64,000 nt of DNA from Octopus sinensis (lineage: Eukaryota), in NCBI RefSeq assembly GCF_006345805.1, contig NC_043001.1:54684001-54748000 (forward strand), read 5' to 3'. How positions within the stretch are numbered: the stretch's first letter is position 1; every line of letters starts with the position of its first letter. The notes below the pieces were generated by a model, which did not search any database, was not told the origin of the DNA, and saw only the letters and a list, made by a program, of their open reading frames with translations. Below, one piece after another: positions 25,815 to 38,017 of the stretch. Position numbers and translations under genes: made by a program.

Positions 25815-25972
25815 CAATACTACTCTCAGTTCTGCTGTGGTGGACAGGTCTTCTTGAGTATAGCTTGGTACCAGATATCTTGGTCCTTTGTCTTCTCCTC
25901 AGTAAGGCTCAGTGTCTTGGAGTCAGTCTCCAATACTTTGTCCCATGTCTTCGTGGTTCTCCTGCTTCCCCA
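25815..25972 (-). mobile_element. RTE LINE C-terminal fragment
   Basis: Minus strand KTWDKVLETDSKTLSLTEEKTKDQDIWYQAILKKT is homologous to KTWDEVVKHDLRTLGLTEAMTSD at about 33730-33800. Confidence 0.7.
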
Positions 25973-25973
25973 A

Positions 25974-26006
25974 ATTCCATCCACTTAAGTGATTGGCACT
26001 TCTGTA

Positions 26007-26049
<43 letters not shown>

Positions 26050-26084
26050 ATTACAGAAGTGCCAATCACTTAAGTGGATGGAAT
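25974..26084. repeat. 40-bp perfect inverted repeat enclosing (TA)n
   Basis: Arms 25974-26013 and 26045-26084 are exact reverse complements; the 31-nt spacer is (TA)nT. Confidence 0.9.
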
Positions 26085-26859
26085 GAAGACACATTAGCTG
26101 GTACAACCCCCCCTTCAACCGTGAGGTCGCTACACCTGTAGCTAAAATCTTCTTCACTCTCCTACAGAAACACTTCCCCACCCAACATAAGTACTACACT
26201 ATCCTAAATAAGAACACTATTAGACTCTCCTACTCTACCACGCCCAATCTAGCCAGGAACCTAGCCAACAACAATGTGAAAAAACTTAACACACCTACTT
26301 TTTCCGAGGCCCATCCAACGTCCGATAGCAATTGCAACTGCCCTGATAAAACTACCTGCCCCCTCAACAACAACTGCCTACAGAGGGACCTAGTATATAC
26401 ATGCGAGGTAAGATCAGGCCCTGACGATAAAAGAAAATCCTACATAGGAATGACGTCAAACAGCTTTAAGACCCGTTGGTACGCACACACACACTCGTTC
26501 CGGCGACAGGATAAATCCAACCAAACTACCCTCGCCGCCCACATCTGGTACCTTAAAAGAATTCCATCCCCTTCAAGACCAAGTGGAAACTACTACAGAA
26601 GGCGCGCTCGTACACAGGAGGCCATACCTGCTGTGACCTCTGCATATCGGAGAGCCTAGAGATCTTGTTGCCAAAGGCCCTCTCCTTAACAAAATCTCAG
26701 AACACTCCCCAAATTGTATGCATATGAAGTATGCGAACTACAAGAACTATAGACCTACCCGGCAACCAGATTGATGACACCCCACCCACAAAACCCCCCA
26801 ATCCCACCGTTCCCCTAGCACCCCCGATTACCTTTTCTCCTAAGACCTTTCACATATTG

Positions 26860-26974
26860 TATGTGCACGCTTGTAGATGTGTATCGTATATATGTATAGA
26901 AATGTATGGGTATAGTAGGATTATACGCATGTATTATGCGTGTGTGTGAGTGTATGTATGTAAAAAAATATATA

Positions 26975-27023
<49 letters not shown>

Positions 27024-27242
27024 GAGTGTGTGTGTGTGTGTGTATATATGTATAGATGTATGTATGTATATATGTATATTTGTGTGTATGCATATGTATG
27101 TGAATATGTATGTGTGTATGTATATATATGTGTGTAAGTGTGTGTATGTATGTAAATGTAAGTGTGTGTGCTTGTATGAGAATGTATGTATGTTTGCACA
27201 CATGTGTATATATATGTGTGTGTATGTGTGTGTGTATGTATA

Positions 27243-27293
<51 letters not shown>

Positions 27294-27552
27294 ACATATA
27301 TATATATGTATGTATGTGTATATATATGTGTATGTATATATATGTGTATGTGAGTGTGTGTGTATACATGTGTGTATGTGTATGTATGTATGTATATATA
27401 TGCGTGTGCATGGGTATATGTATATGTACATATGCGCGTACGCTCGTGTGTTTATGTATGTGTAGGTACGTAGAGTTATCTATGTGTGTATTTATATGTA
27501 CATGTGTAAATATGTATATATATGTATGTATGTGTATGTATATGTATGTGTA

Positions 27553-27598
<46 letters not shown>

Positions 27599-27687
27599 GT
27601 ATGTATGTGTGTATGTGTATATGTAGGTGTATGTGTGTATGTATATATTTATATTTTTATATATATGTGTGTGTATGTATGTATATA

Positions 27688-27734
<47 letters not shown>

Positions 27735-28025
27735 TATATGTATGTGAGTGTGTGTGTGTGTGTATGTATGTATGTATATATATGTATATATATATATGTG
27801 TGTATATATGTATATATATATATGTATATATATAATATATATATCTATGTGTGTAAGTTTATTATATGTATGTATCCGTCTATATAATAGGTAACTGCAC
27901 GTACATATACTTAATATTTATTTTTTGAGTATGCATGTATGAATAACTGCGCGTATATATATTTACTATTTACTTATTTTTTGAGTATGCATGTTAGTAT
28001 GAATATATATATGTATATGTATGTA

Positions 28026-28070
<45 letters not shown>

Positions 28071-28198
28071 TATATATATATATATGTACATGTATGTATT
28101 TGTATGTAGGTGTACATGTATGTGTGTGTATTTATATTTATTGGTGTATATGTATAGACTAGCCTTCTAAGAGTGTAGACATGAATCTGTAGGTACGC

Positions 28199-28229
<31 letters not shown>

Positions 28230-28660
28230 CATATATATATATGTATGTATGTGTATATATATGTGTATGTATGTGTATGTATTTATATTTATTGGTGTAT
28301 ATGTATAGACTAGCCTTCTAAGAGTGTAGACATGAATCTGTAGGTACGCGTACGTATGTGTATATACGTGAATGTATGTAGATGTATGTATGTATGAATA
28401 TAACGCGTGCGTATGCGTATGAGTGTACGAATGAGTGAGTGTACGTGCTAAAGAGTGTGCGTGAGTGAATGAGTAATTGTTTTCCAGTAGCCGGATAAAT
28501 GGTCTGGCTGTCATAGCCAAGATGTTTGTGACCAAGCGGCCAAAGATAACAAAAGTAATAAACGAAGATAATAAAATTAAAATTAGGGAATGGGTCTGTA
28601 TTTGTATATGTATATATATATGTGTGTATGTGTAGGTATGCATGGGTACACATATGTATA

Positions 28661-28691
<31 letters not shown>

Positions 28692-29089
28692 GTGTATGTA
28701 TATATATGTGTATATGTATGTGTATGTATGTATATATATGTGTATGTATGTGTATGTGTGGGTGTATATATATGTGTGTATGTGTATATATGTGTATATA
28801 GGGACTAGTGTGCTGTGTGTGCATGTGTGTGTATGGATTTGTGTGTGTATGCGTGTATGTGAGTATGTGTGTGTATGTGTATATATATATTTTTCTGTGT
28901 GTATATGTATGTGTGGTCGTGTGTGTATATATACATGTGTGTATACGTGTATGCAAGTGAGTGTGTGTATGTATACATATATATGTGTATGTGTAGATAT
29001 GTATATGTATGTGTGAGTGTATATATGTGTGTATGTGTAGAGGTATAAGTGAGAATCTCCTTATTTACCTAAAACTCTATTCCCCCCTT

Positions 29090-29120
<31 letters not shown>

Positions 29121-29215
29121 TATATATTATTTTTTTTATTTTTTATTTTTTATTTTTTTTTATTTTTTTTTTATTTTTTTATATATTTTTTATTTTTTAT
29201 TTTTTATTTTTTATT
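26860..29215. repeat. ~2.3-kb compound (TA)/(TG)/(TATG) microsatellite block with internal duplications
   Basis: Read directly; includes an identical 74-bp duplication at 28128-28201 and 28279-28352. Confidence 0.95.
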
Positions 29216-29360
29216 TATTCTCCTATCTAATTTAACACTGACTCCTTGACCACTCCCCCAAGTATGATTTTTTGCGCTATGCCTACCCCCAAAAAGTCCC
29301 CCACCAACATCCCTTTAAACCTGCCTAAATGTATAAATGCCAATACAATTCTTGTTAACT

Positions 29361-29411
29361 AGCTTCCTGAAGATTTCTCTTGAATGAAACAGTTCTAGTC
29401 CTGTAGAAGCT
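29361..29411 (+). ncRNA. Type I hammerhead ribozyme (Penelope-associated)
   Basis: Stem I AGCTTC/GAAGCT; core CTGAAGA; stem II TTC-tctt-GAA with a U.U closing mismatch; GAAA; stem III ACAG/CTGT with loop ttctagtc; cleavage triplet GTA (29403-05). Confidence 0.7.
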
Positions 29412-29494
29412 CCTTCTATATAATAAATTAATTTTACTCTGCTATGTATTGAGTACCTTATTTACTGTGGTTAACCCCGAATCAACCCGGGACC

Positions 29495-29534
<40 letters not shown>

Positions 29535-31734
29535 TAAAAATTGAACAAAAACACAATAGAGGGCATTAAATCGTTCGACAGATAGACGATACAAAGGCGG
29601 ACAAGAGAAACAATAATTAAGAGTACAGGCAAAAAAAGACAGGTCATTCTTGGTTTTCTTTCATCAGTTAAGAACCAGAAGTCACGGCCATTTTGGGCAG
29701 TTACACTTGAGATGGTTCAATCTGGTTTCCCCCCAAAAAAGTCTAAGCTAAGAACATTAGACCCTTTTATAAGAAAGCTAGCGAATGTGTGCAGCAACAA
29801 AGACAAAAAACAAACAAAAAAAAAACGGAGAACATGGTACACAGTTATGAATACAAACAACAAGAAACAACAACAGGTGTCTTTTGACTGAGAACGAATC
29901 AAATTGAACTGGCGTGTATGAAGTGAAAACCTAAAAGCAGGAACATGGGAGATGGACACAAGGTGTTGGTAGTCAGCAGTCAGGCCAAGAAAGAAAAATC
30001 ATGGCTGGCCAGATACTGGTCATGTGGAAGGAAGAGATATATATATATATAATATAATAGACTCAATCATCAAGGACAATGTATGTGTGCCCAGTTTTTT
30101 GGTTACTGACCTGCTAATCAAACTGTGTTCCATCATGTGTATTTTGGAATATTATGTACCATTTATGTGGAAGATTATTTCCCAGATACATGTACTGTTA
30201 ACATGGTTCTTAAGTAGAATATTCACGATAAAATGTGACAAGGTTGGGTCTTTGACTTATGAGTATAGCACTTCCAATGAACTTCTTTGTTGTAGACTCA
30301 ATTTCACTCAGTGGTCTTGACTAAGAAGACACTTTCTATATTGGGTTCAAATGTGGAATGTTATGATTGTGAAACAATCTACTTAATCACCGTGCTATAC
30401 ATGCAACTATGCACATGTGCTTGCATAAACACACACTCACACACATATGCATGCATGTGAGCATGGCTTTTTCAAAGATAACTGTATATTGATAATTAAA
30501 TGTATCTGATCTTGGTTTTCATTGTGAGTCCTGCATAATTTTTCTTGATAATGTCTGTGAGTGTTACGGTTGTTCTTTATACCATTGTCTTAGTGATGCC
30601 AGGTCCTTTAAGTAGGCATTGTAGGATGTTACTGCCTTTGCAGTCTTATACTGTGAGAACTGATGGGAAGTAATGGTGTTCATGCAACAATAGTCACTTT
30701 CACATAATGTAGTTTTAGATGCAACATGTCTAACTAAATATTAAAAGAAAAAAAAAGGACATTTTGACAGATATCTGCTTGATCAGGACTGACTTGGTAC
30801 TAACCAACAAAAACAATATAATGGATTACACTCTCTCGTTGCTACACCATATCTCCTATAGCATGTCATGTACCTCAGCAAGGATGTCTCTAAATCATAA
30901 TTTGATTATTCTAAGAATAACTGTCAAATCTCCTTCAAATCACATCCTGCCATCTTCAAAACCACAAACAATAATTTACTCATATAAACCCCCTTGAATC
31001 TAGTAATGTAGGTTACTTTCCAATAATTATTTACACCTGAAGAGCTATTTACTCAAGCTAAGCCTTTTACTTCGCCAAGCAGTTTATTAATGATTGCACC
31101 TGTGTACTGTAACAACTTGCATTTGTCACTTTGAAATTGTACACTTGTTGTAAATGTAAATAATTTCTAAATGTATGTGCTTGCTTCTTTACCATTTTGT
31201 CTCTGAAATTAAGGAGACATTTCCTGTTTATTTGAACATGTAAGTTGGTCTAATATGTCAACAGTTTCTATATATTTGTGTTATTCTGTTGAGTGTTTGT
31301 GTGAGTGTGTGTCTGTGGAGTGCAAGCTACTTGTACATTAATACTTCTAGCAGGCTGTTCCGTTGATTGGATCAACTAGATCACTTGTCATTGTAACTGA
31401 CAGAGTGTTAAGAAATGTAAAGAAAAATAAGAACTGAATGCAAATTTGCTTATCAGTTGGACTACGACATTAAAGTCTTTATTTATGGAAGACGTCAACA
31501 ATGTGTTTAAATGTATGTTGTCTAGTTGCTAATTATGTTGGCTGAGCAGAATTATGAATGGAAGTGTTCCAACCACCCTATCTTTTTTCTATATCTAACA
31601 CTGTATTATCTGATTTGTTCTTCCTATTTTAATATGGCAGAGTGTGTATTTTGAGGGAGATTTGGCTGTTATTTCTTGCAAGTCGAGTACCAGGTAAAAA
31701 TCTTTCTCCTTGGCTCATTTCTGCATGTTTTTTA

Positions 31735-32130
31735 TCTTTTACTGCTTTCAGTCATTGGACTACTGCCATACTAGGGCATCTCCTCAAAGAGTTTTAGTTA
31801 AATGAATCATTTCCTCCCCTATCAGTACTTTTTTTTGTTAATCCTGGTACTTATTCTATCAGTCTCTTATGTCAAACTCCTAAGTTAGGATGTAAACAAA
31901 CCAACACTGGTTGTCAAGTGTGGTTTTGGTCATGGAGGAATCAACACAAAAAACCCCTCACATAGATAAATATATATATACTGTATATACAATGGGCTGC
32001 TTTCAGTTTCTGCCTACCAAATCCATTCACAAGGCCTGGGGCTATAGTAGAAGACATTTGCTCGAAGTGCTATGCAGTGGGATTGAACTTGGAACCATGT
32101 AGTTGGAAAGCAAACTTACCACACAGCTTG
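31735..32130 (-). mobile_element. tRNA-derived SINE, family A
   Basis: Reverse-complement copy with head, microsatellite and body. Confidence 0.75.
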
Positions 32131-32269
32131 TGCACATATACATATGCATGTCTGATATGTAATTAGTTCTATTATGTGAGTTTGAGATTTTTATACCCAA
32201 ATACCAGCTATGTAGTACCAGTATTTTCTGGCTGTCATTACTGGTGGCATTAACTCATATTCCGAGTAG

Positions 32270-32735
32270 TTAATCTGTATAGAGTGATTGGGCCTTTTCA
32301 TCCTGATGGGTGCGAAGAGTGCTTGAGGTGGCTGTTCAGGCCAAGGGCAGTTTAGAAGACCTGGAAGCATCTATCACAGGAGTGGGTTGTCTGATTTCTG
32401 TCTTTTGACGTATGTTGTTTTCCATCTGGTCCGTTCTCTTGGCAGTGACATGCTGCCACTTTGGGTGGTCCTTGGCAATTGTCTCCCAGGTATTTGAGTC
32501 AAGAGAGCAGTGGAAGAAAGTGGCCTTGAGCTAGTCTCAGAAACGGAATTTGGGGGTTCCATGTGGTCTGGTGCTTGAGGCCAACTCTGCAAAGAAGAGT
32601 TGACAGAGGAGGCACATTTGAGGCATTGTATGATGTGTCCCGACCAGCAGAGGAAGTGTTGTGACCAAGGTAGCTTCAATGCTGGGTAGTACGGTCTGGA
32701 GCAGAACCTCTTCATTGTTAATATAGTCCTTAATC
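32270..32735 (-). mobile_element. 5'-truncated RTE (BovB-like) LINE 3' end
   Basis: Minus strand across frameshifts: INNEEVL...QLFFAELASSTRPHGTPKFRF...WETIAKDHPKW...CDRCFQVF*TALGLNSHLKH (terminal C2H2-like finger). Confidence 0.75.
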
Positions 32736-32779
32736 ATGAAAAGGAAATCTTGCTATCTCCTATTGATTTATTTACCTCA

Positions 32780-34431
32780 CTCCAGGCAATAACAGAGGAA
32801 TTCAAGACAGAATGCCCCTGGGAGCTCCTCTATGCTGATGACCTTGCTCTAATTGCTGAGTCACTATCAGAACTAGAGAAGTTTCAGGTGTGGAAGCAAG
32901 GATTAAAACAGAAGGGCCTTAGAGTCAATTTGGCTAAAACTAAAGTCCTTTGTCATAGTCCTCCAGGCAATAACAGAGGAATTAAAGACAGAATGCTCCT
33001 GGGAGCTCCTCTAATAAGTAGGAAGGCAGACAAACCACAAGTCCCTTCAGGTAGATGGCCTTGTTCGATCTGTAGAAAAGGCGTAGGTAGAAACTCTATA
33101 AGATGTACCCAGTGTAAGCTATGGACACATAAGAGGTGCAGCAATATCAAAGGAAGGCTAACTAGGAAGATAGTTTTTGTATGTGACAGATGCTCGGGCG
33201 CAATAAGCACTGAAAATGTGCAGAGAACAACTTCTGCCGCATTCCAGGGAGAAAAACTAGAAGTAGTTGATAGCTTCCGTTACCTAGTTGACCAAGTCAG
33301 TTGTTGGGTGGGTACTCTGAAAGTGTAGCTGCTAGAATAAGAATAGCCTGGGCAAAGTTCAGAGAGCTCTTACCCCTGCTGGTGACAAAGGGCCTCTCGC
33401 TCAGAGTAAAAGGTAGGCTGTATGACACATGTGTATGAACAGCCATGCTACATGGCAGTGAAACATGGACCATGACTGTTGGGGACATGCATAAGCTCGC
33501 AAGGAATGTAGCCAGTATGATCCGATGGATGTGTAATGTCAGTGTGCATATGCAACAAAGTGTAAGTACCTTGAGAGGAAAGTTTGATCTAAGAAGCATC
33601 AGATGTGGTGTGCAAGAGAGACGACTGCACTGGTATGATCATGTGGTGAGAATGAATGAGGATAGCTGTGTGAAGAAGTGTCACACCCTAGCGGTTGAGG
33701 GAACCTGTGGAAGAGGTAGACCCAGGAAGACCTGGGATGAGGTGGTGAAGCACGACCTTCGAACATTAGGCCTTACCGAAGCAATGACTAGTGACTGAGA
33801 CCTTTGGAAATATGCTGTACTTGAGAAGACCCGGCAAGCCAAGTGAGATCATAACCCGTGGCCTATGCCAGTGGTGTAACTAGCCCACTTATGCATACCT
33901 TTCCTTCATTGGACACTAAACTCTACTTGTAAAGACCTGTTGAGGTAAGTGAAATCGAAATCAAAATCAAATTTGATGACAGCACCACATGACTGGCATC
34001 TGTGCCAGTGGAGTGCTAAGAGCACCATCCGAGTGTGATCATTGCCAGGTCTGCTGACTGGCTCCCATGCTGGTGACATGTAAAACGCACCATTCAAGCA
34101 TGTTTGTTACCAACGTCACCTTCCTGGTACGTGAAAAACAACATTTGAGTGAGGTCATCTCCAGTGCCGCTGCATTGGCTCTTGTGCAGGTGGCACTAAA
34201 GCCACCATTTGAGTGTGGCTGTTGCCAGTACCGCCTGACTGGCCCTCATGCCGGTGGCACATAAAAGCACCCCCTACACTTTCAGAGTGGTTGGTGTTAG
34301 GAAGGGCATCCAGCTGTAGAAACTCCACCAGATCAGATTGGAGCCTGGTGCAGCCATCTGGCTCGCCAGTCCTCAGTCAAACTGTCCAATGCATGCCAGC
34401 ATGGAAAGCGGACGTTAAACGATGATGATGA
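32780..34431 (+). mobile_element. 5'-truncated RTE-clade LINE (RT C-terminal half, 3'UTR and (GAT)n tail)
   Basis: PWELLYADDLALIAE, LRVNLAKTKVL, Cys-rich WPCSICRKGVGRNSIRCTQCKLWTHKRC, LHGSETW, GRPRKTWDEVVKHDL; 3' end catggaaagcggacgttaaacgatgatgatg. Confidence 0.92.
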
Positions 34432-34965
34432 ATCTGCTTTATAAAAACATGAAGTGCTCTTACTAGTTAACAGATGAATTGGTAGCAGTTCGTCAAGTGT
34501 TTTAACTAATTAACTGCTATTTGTTCACCTGTTGACACTTCTCACAATATTTCCTTCATATCCTTGTAGCGATCTACTTCTTGTAGTATCATGTGACATT
34601 TCTGAACCCTTTCAGTGGACTGAGGCATACAGAATTGACCCTTTTGTTGTGATATTTCTATTGAAATAATCTATTTTAATTTTGAAAGTAATAAAGAATT
34701 TAGTAAAATAACTTTGTCATTATTAAGCTGGTGTTTGGAGCATAAATTAAAATGGAATTTTATTGGAAGGTTTTAATTGAGATAATTTTTAAAATAGGAA
34801 GTTTGTATCGTAGAACCAGGGGCTATTTTAGGGAGGTCAGCATCAACAGGATTTATTGCTAATTCTGAGTAAATAGGTACTGCCAAGATCATGGAACATG
34901 TTAACTTGGAGTTGTCTTCTGTGGTATGACAGTGCAAATAATAATAATGATGATAATAATATATA

Positions 34966-35532
34966 CCCTGATGCAGTACCAGGCAGTGGCTCTCATGGCT
35001 TCTGATCATAACTGATTGGAAGTGTTATCATGTACATTGTTTTCTCTTGGTATAAAAGATGGGCTACAGCAAATATTCTGCTCAATACCACAGATTTGCT
35101 TGTCAGTTGTTTGACCATAACCAGTTGACCATGTCCCTTAGTGGCTGACGATATGTGCATCTCTGACCACGAGCAGAAGTAGTTGGGGAGCATCATAGCC
35201 ATGTGTTGAAAGGAATTCTTTGAGGTTTGGATAATTCACCTTTGGAAACATGGGTGTTTCGTTCAACATCCTTAAACAATCCTTATTCAGGGACCTTTTG
35301 AGTGGGATGGGCTACTCAACCAGAAAAAAATTCTAACTGGGCTCCACCTGCAAGGTCATGCACGGTTTATCTTGATATGAGATCACCGTGTCGTGCACAT
35401 ATGGTTGTTATTCCTGTGCTTGGTGTACCCTTATCAGATGGGTAGTCATGATGGCTTCGTATATTTTACCCCAGTGTCACTTTGATGTCATGCACTGCTC
35501 TCTCACTCAATAATGATAATAATAATAATAAT
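34966..35532 (+). mobile_element. Dispersed non-LTR retroelement 3'-end-type repeat with (TAA)n tail
   Basis: A second, partial copy lies at about 35712-36005; ends ...ctctctcactcAATAATGATAATAATAATAAT. Class inferred from the tail. Confidence 0.55.
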
Positions 35533-36226
35533 GGTTTCAAATTTTGGCACAAGGCCAGCAATTTCAGGGGAGGGGTAAGTCAATTACATTGATCCCAGTG
35601 TTCAACTGGTACCTATTTTATCAACCCGCAAAAGGATGAAAGGCAAAGTCGACTTTAGCAGAATTAATTTCACCTGGCATACTAACAGTTCTGCCAGCTC
35701 AATAATATATGCCCTGATGCCATTACCAGGCAGTGGTTCTCATGGTTTCTGATCTTAACTGATTGGAAGTGTTAACATGCACATGTTTTTATCTCGGTGT
35801 AAAAGATGGTCTACAGCAAATATTCTGCTCTATGCCACAGATTTTCTTGTCAGTTGCTTGACCTTAACCATTTGAGCATTTCCCCTAGTGTCTGATGATA
35901 TGGGCATCTCTGATCACATAAGCATGTGTTGAGTGGGATTCTTTGTGGTTTGAATAATTCATTCCTGGAAAAATGAGTGTTTTGTTCATCATCCTTAAAC
36001 AACTCTTTATTTTGATACTATCAACCACAGTACTTGACTGGTATTTTATTTTACCCGCTTGAGAGGGATGAAGGGCAAAGTTGGTCTCAGTGGTGCTTGA
36101 ACTCTGTCCACTCTTCAATCTTTTTGTCTTCTCTCTTTCATTTTTTTCTCAGTTTTACTTCTCTCTTTAGTTTGTTCTCTCTCTCCTCTTGTCTGTTTGA
36201 TTCTAACCTTCCCACAATAGCTTTAT

Positions 36227-36648
36227 CGGATCTTTTCGGTTTGACCGGCAGTTTTTTTTCTAGCAGTGTCATATGAAATTGTCACCCATAATTATGACAC
36301 TAGTATCAATCTATTGCATTTCAATCTGTTTTAGGGTTAGGGTTAGGGGTGGGGGGGAAGGGTATCTTTTTTTCTTCAGAAATGTAAATAAACCCAATCT
36401 GTTTCTTAAACAAGGGACATATTCATATGGCACAGAATATTTTCACCTCAATAGACGTCATTGATTGGTTGAAATTGCAGAAATTGAAGAAAAAAAACAA
36501 CAAATATCTTACAAACTATAGAATTTTCTCAATAAAGCCAAGAGAAAAAGATGTTTTATAAACACATTCTACCAGTATACGAAGTTTAAAAGTGTTTAGT
36601 TACTTGGAAATTATTTTTAAAAACTGCCGGTCAAACCGAAAAGATCCG
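36227..36648. mobile_element. Unclassified TIR element: 30-bp perfect TIR, 6-bp TSD, internal TTAGGG repeats
   Basis: ctttat|CGGATCTTTTCGGTTTGACCGGCAGTTTTT ... AAAAACTGCCGGTCAAACCGAAAAGATCCG|ctttat; (TTAGGG)x3-like tract at about 36331-36348. Confidence 0.85.
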
Positions 36649-36864
36649 CTTTATCTTCTTAAGAGTCAATTCTACTGCCTAACTTTTTTTTCGAACTCTG
36701 ACCTGCTACAGAGCACTTTGTTCTCCAGCCTGGCTCTTTATTTGTTCAAGGGCTGAAGTCCAACCACCTACCCACTCATTTCTATTTAGCATTACACTTT
36801 GTACAGTCATCTCTGCTTCATTGCTACTCTTACTTTTTTTCTCTTTTTCAAAAGCTTCACTTCA

Positions 36865-37065
36865 TTCTTTTACTTGTTTCAGTTGACTGCAGCCATACTC
36901 GAACACTGCCTTTTTTGTTGAAGAAATTGACCCCAGGACTTATTCTTTGTAAGCCTGGTACTTATTCTATCAGTCTCTTGCGGAACTGCTAAATTACAGG
37001 GACCTAAACACCAACATTGGTCATCAAGTGATGGTGTAGGGGACAAACATAGGCACAAAGACATG

Positions 37066-37101
<36 letters not shown>

Positions 37102-37280
37102 ATATATATACACACACACACACACACAACAAGCTTTTTTCAGTGTCCGTCTACCAAATCCACTCACAAGACTTTGGTAGGCCTGAGGCTATAGTAGAAG
37201 ACACTTGCCCAGGTTGCCATGCTGTGAGACTGAACTCAGGACCATGTGGTTGGGAAACAAGCTTCTTTGCATGCAGCCAT
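36865..37280 (-). mobile_element. tRNA-derived SINE, family A
   Basis: Reverse-complement copy. Confidence 0.75.
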
Positions 37281-38017
37281 GTCAGTGCCTAATATATCAC
37301 TGTTTAATATACTTTATAATTTTGCCCTGTATTGTGTTCAGCTTAGCCTTATGAGCTAATTTTGCATGAATTTTGTAGACCTGTTGTCATCCTATCTTGA
37401 ACTTAAACTAGGGTGCACTGAAGTGAGTGTGCAGTTCTGTTGATTGATGTACCAAAATTGCCTTGACCTTGAGTCAGCAGCTGATGAAAGATTAGTGTTA
37501 ACTTTTTGTATTTTGTCCTTTGTGCTTTACCTGTTGTCTGTATATGATAGATTAAAAACCTTGTACATGCCAGCAAATTTATTGTTTGTTGTTTACAACA
37601 TGGGCTGTGAATAATGAATCCAGTGTCTGTAGCTGATGAAGCATGAATATATAGGAACATGTGTTGTAAATGTCAATGACATTTATGGTCTCATTCTTTA
37701 TTTTCACACACACACACTGGCTATAAGGAGAATTTCTCTTTGATGACAGTCACTACTGTGAAGGTCTTTCCATGCTTGAGTGTACACCAACATGTTAAAT
37801 ATAAATGTACACAACTCTATATATTTGAGGTATATGTATGTTTATTTGTGCATGCACTTAATTGCTGTGAGGTGTGTGTGTATGTTCATTCTTGTATGTT
37901 TGTTTGTGCCTGTTCTTTAAGGTATGTGTTTGTGCATGCATATTTAAGTTCTTAAGTCTCGTGTACTTATATTAGTGTTAGTGTGTCTCTTTACATATGT
38001 GTGTCCTACTGCTTATA

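Larger units (their letters stand above)
26086..29480 (+). mobile_element. 5'-truncated Penelope-like element: GIY-YIG endonuclease region plus expanded 3' region
   Basis: Frame from about 26089 reads HISWYNPPFN...KHFPTQHK...NKNTIRLSYS...CNCPDKTTCPLNNNCLQRDLVY...YIGMTSNSFKTRW...HIWYLK, then after a frameshift KWKLLQKARSY...CDLC (to about 26730). Followed by a C-rich UTR, simple repeats and a hammerhead motif. The 3' boundary is inferred. Confidence 0.85.

Noticed and set aside
26815-29230. Long ORFs of 150-240 aa rich in YI/HT/CV dipeptides (also near 11500, 23800, 24850, 38900, 43700 and 52750)
   Set aside because: Translations of (TA)n/(CA)n microsatellites, which lack stop codons; no protein signal.
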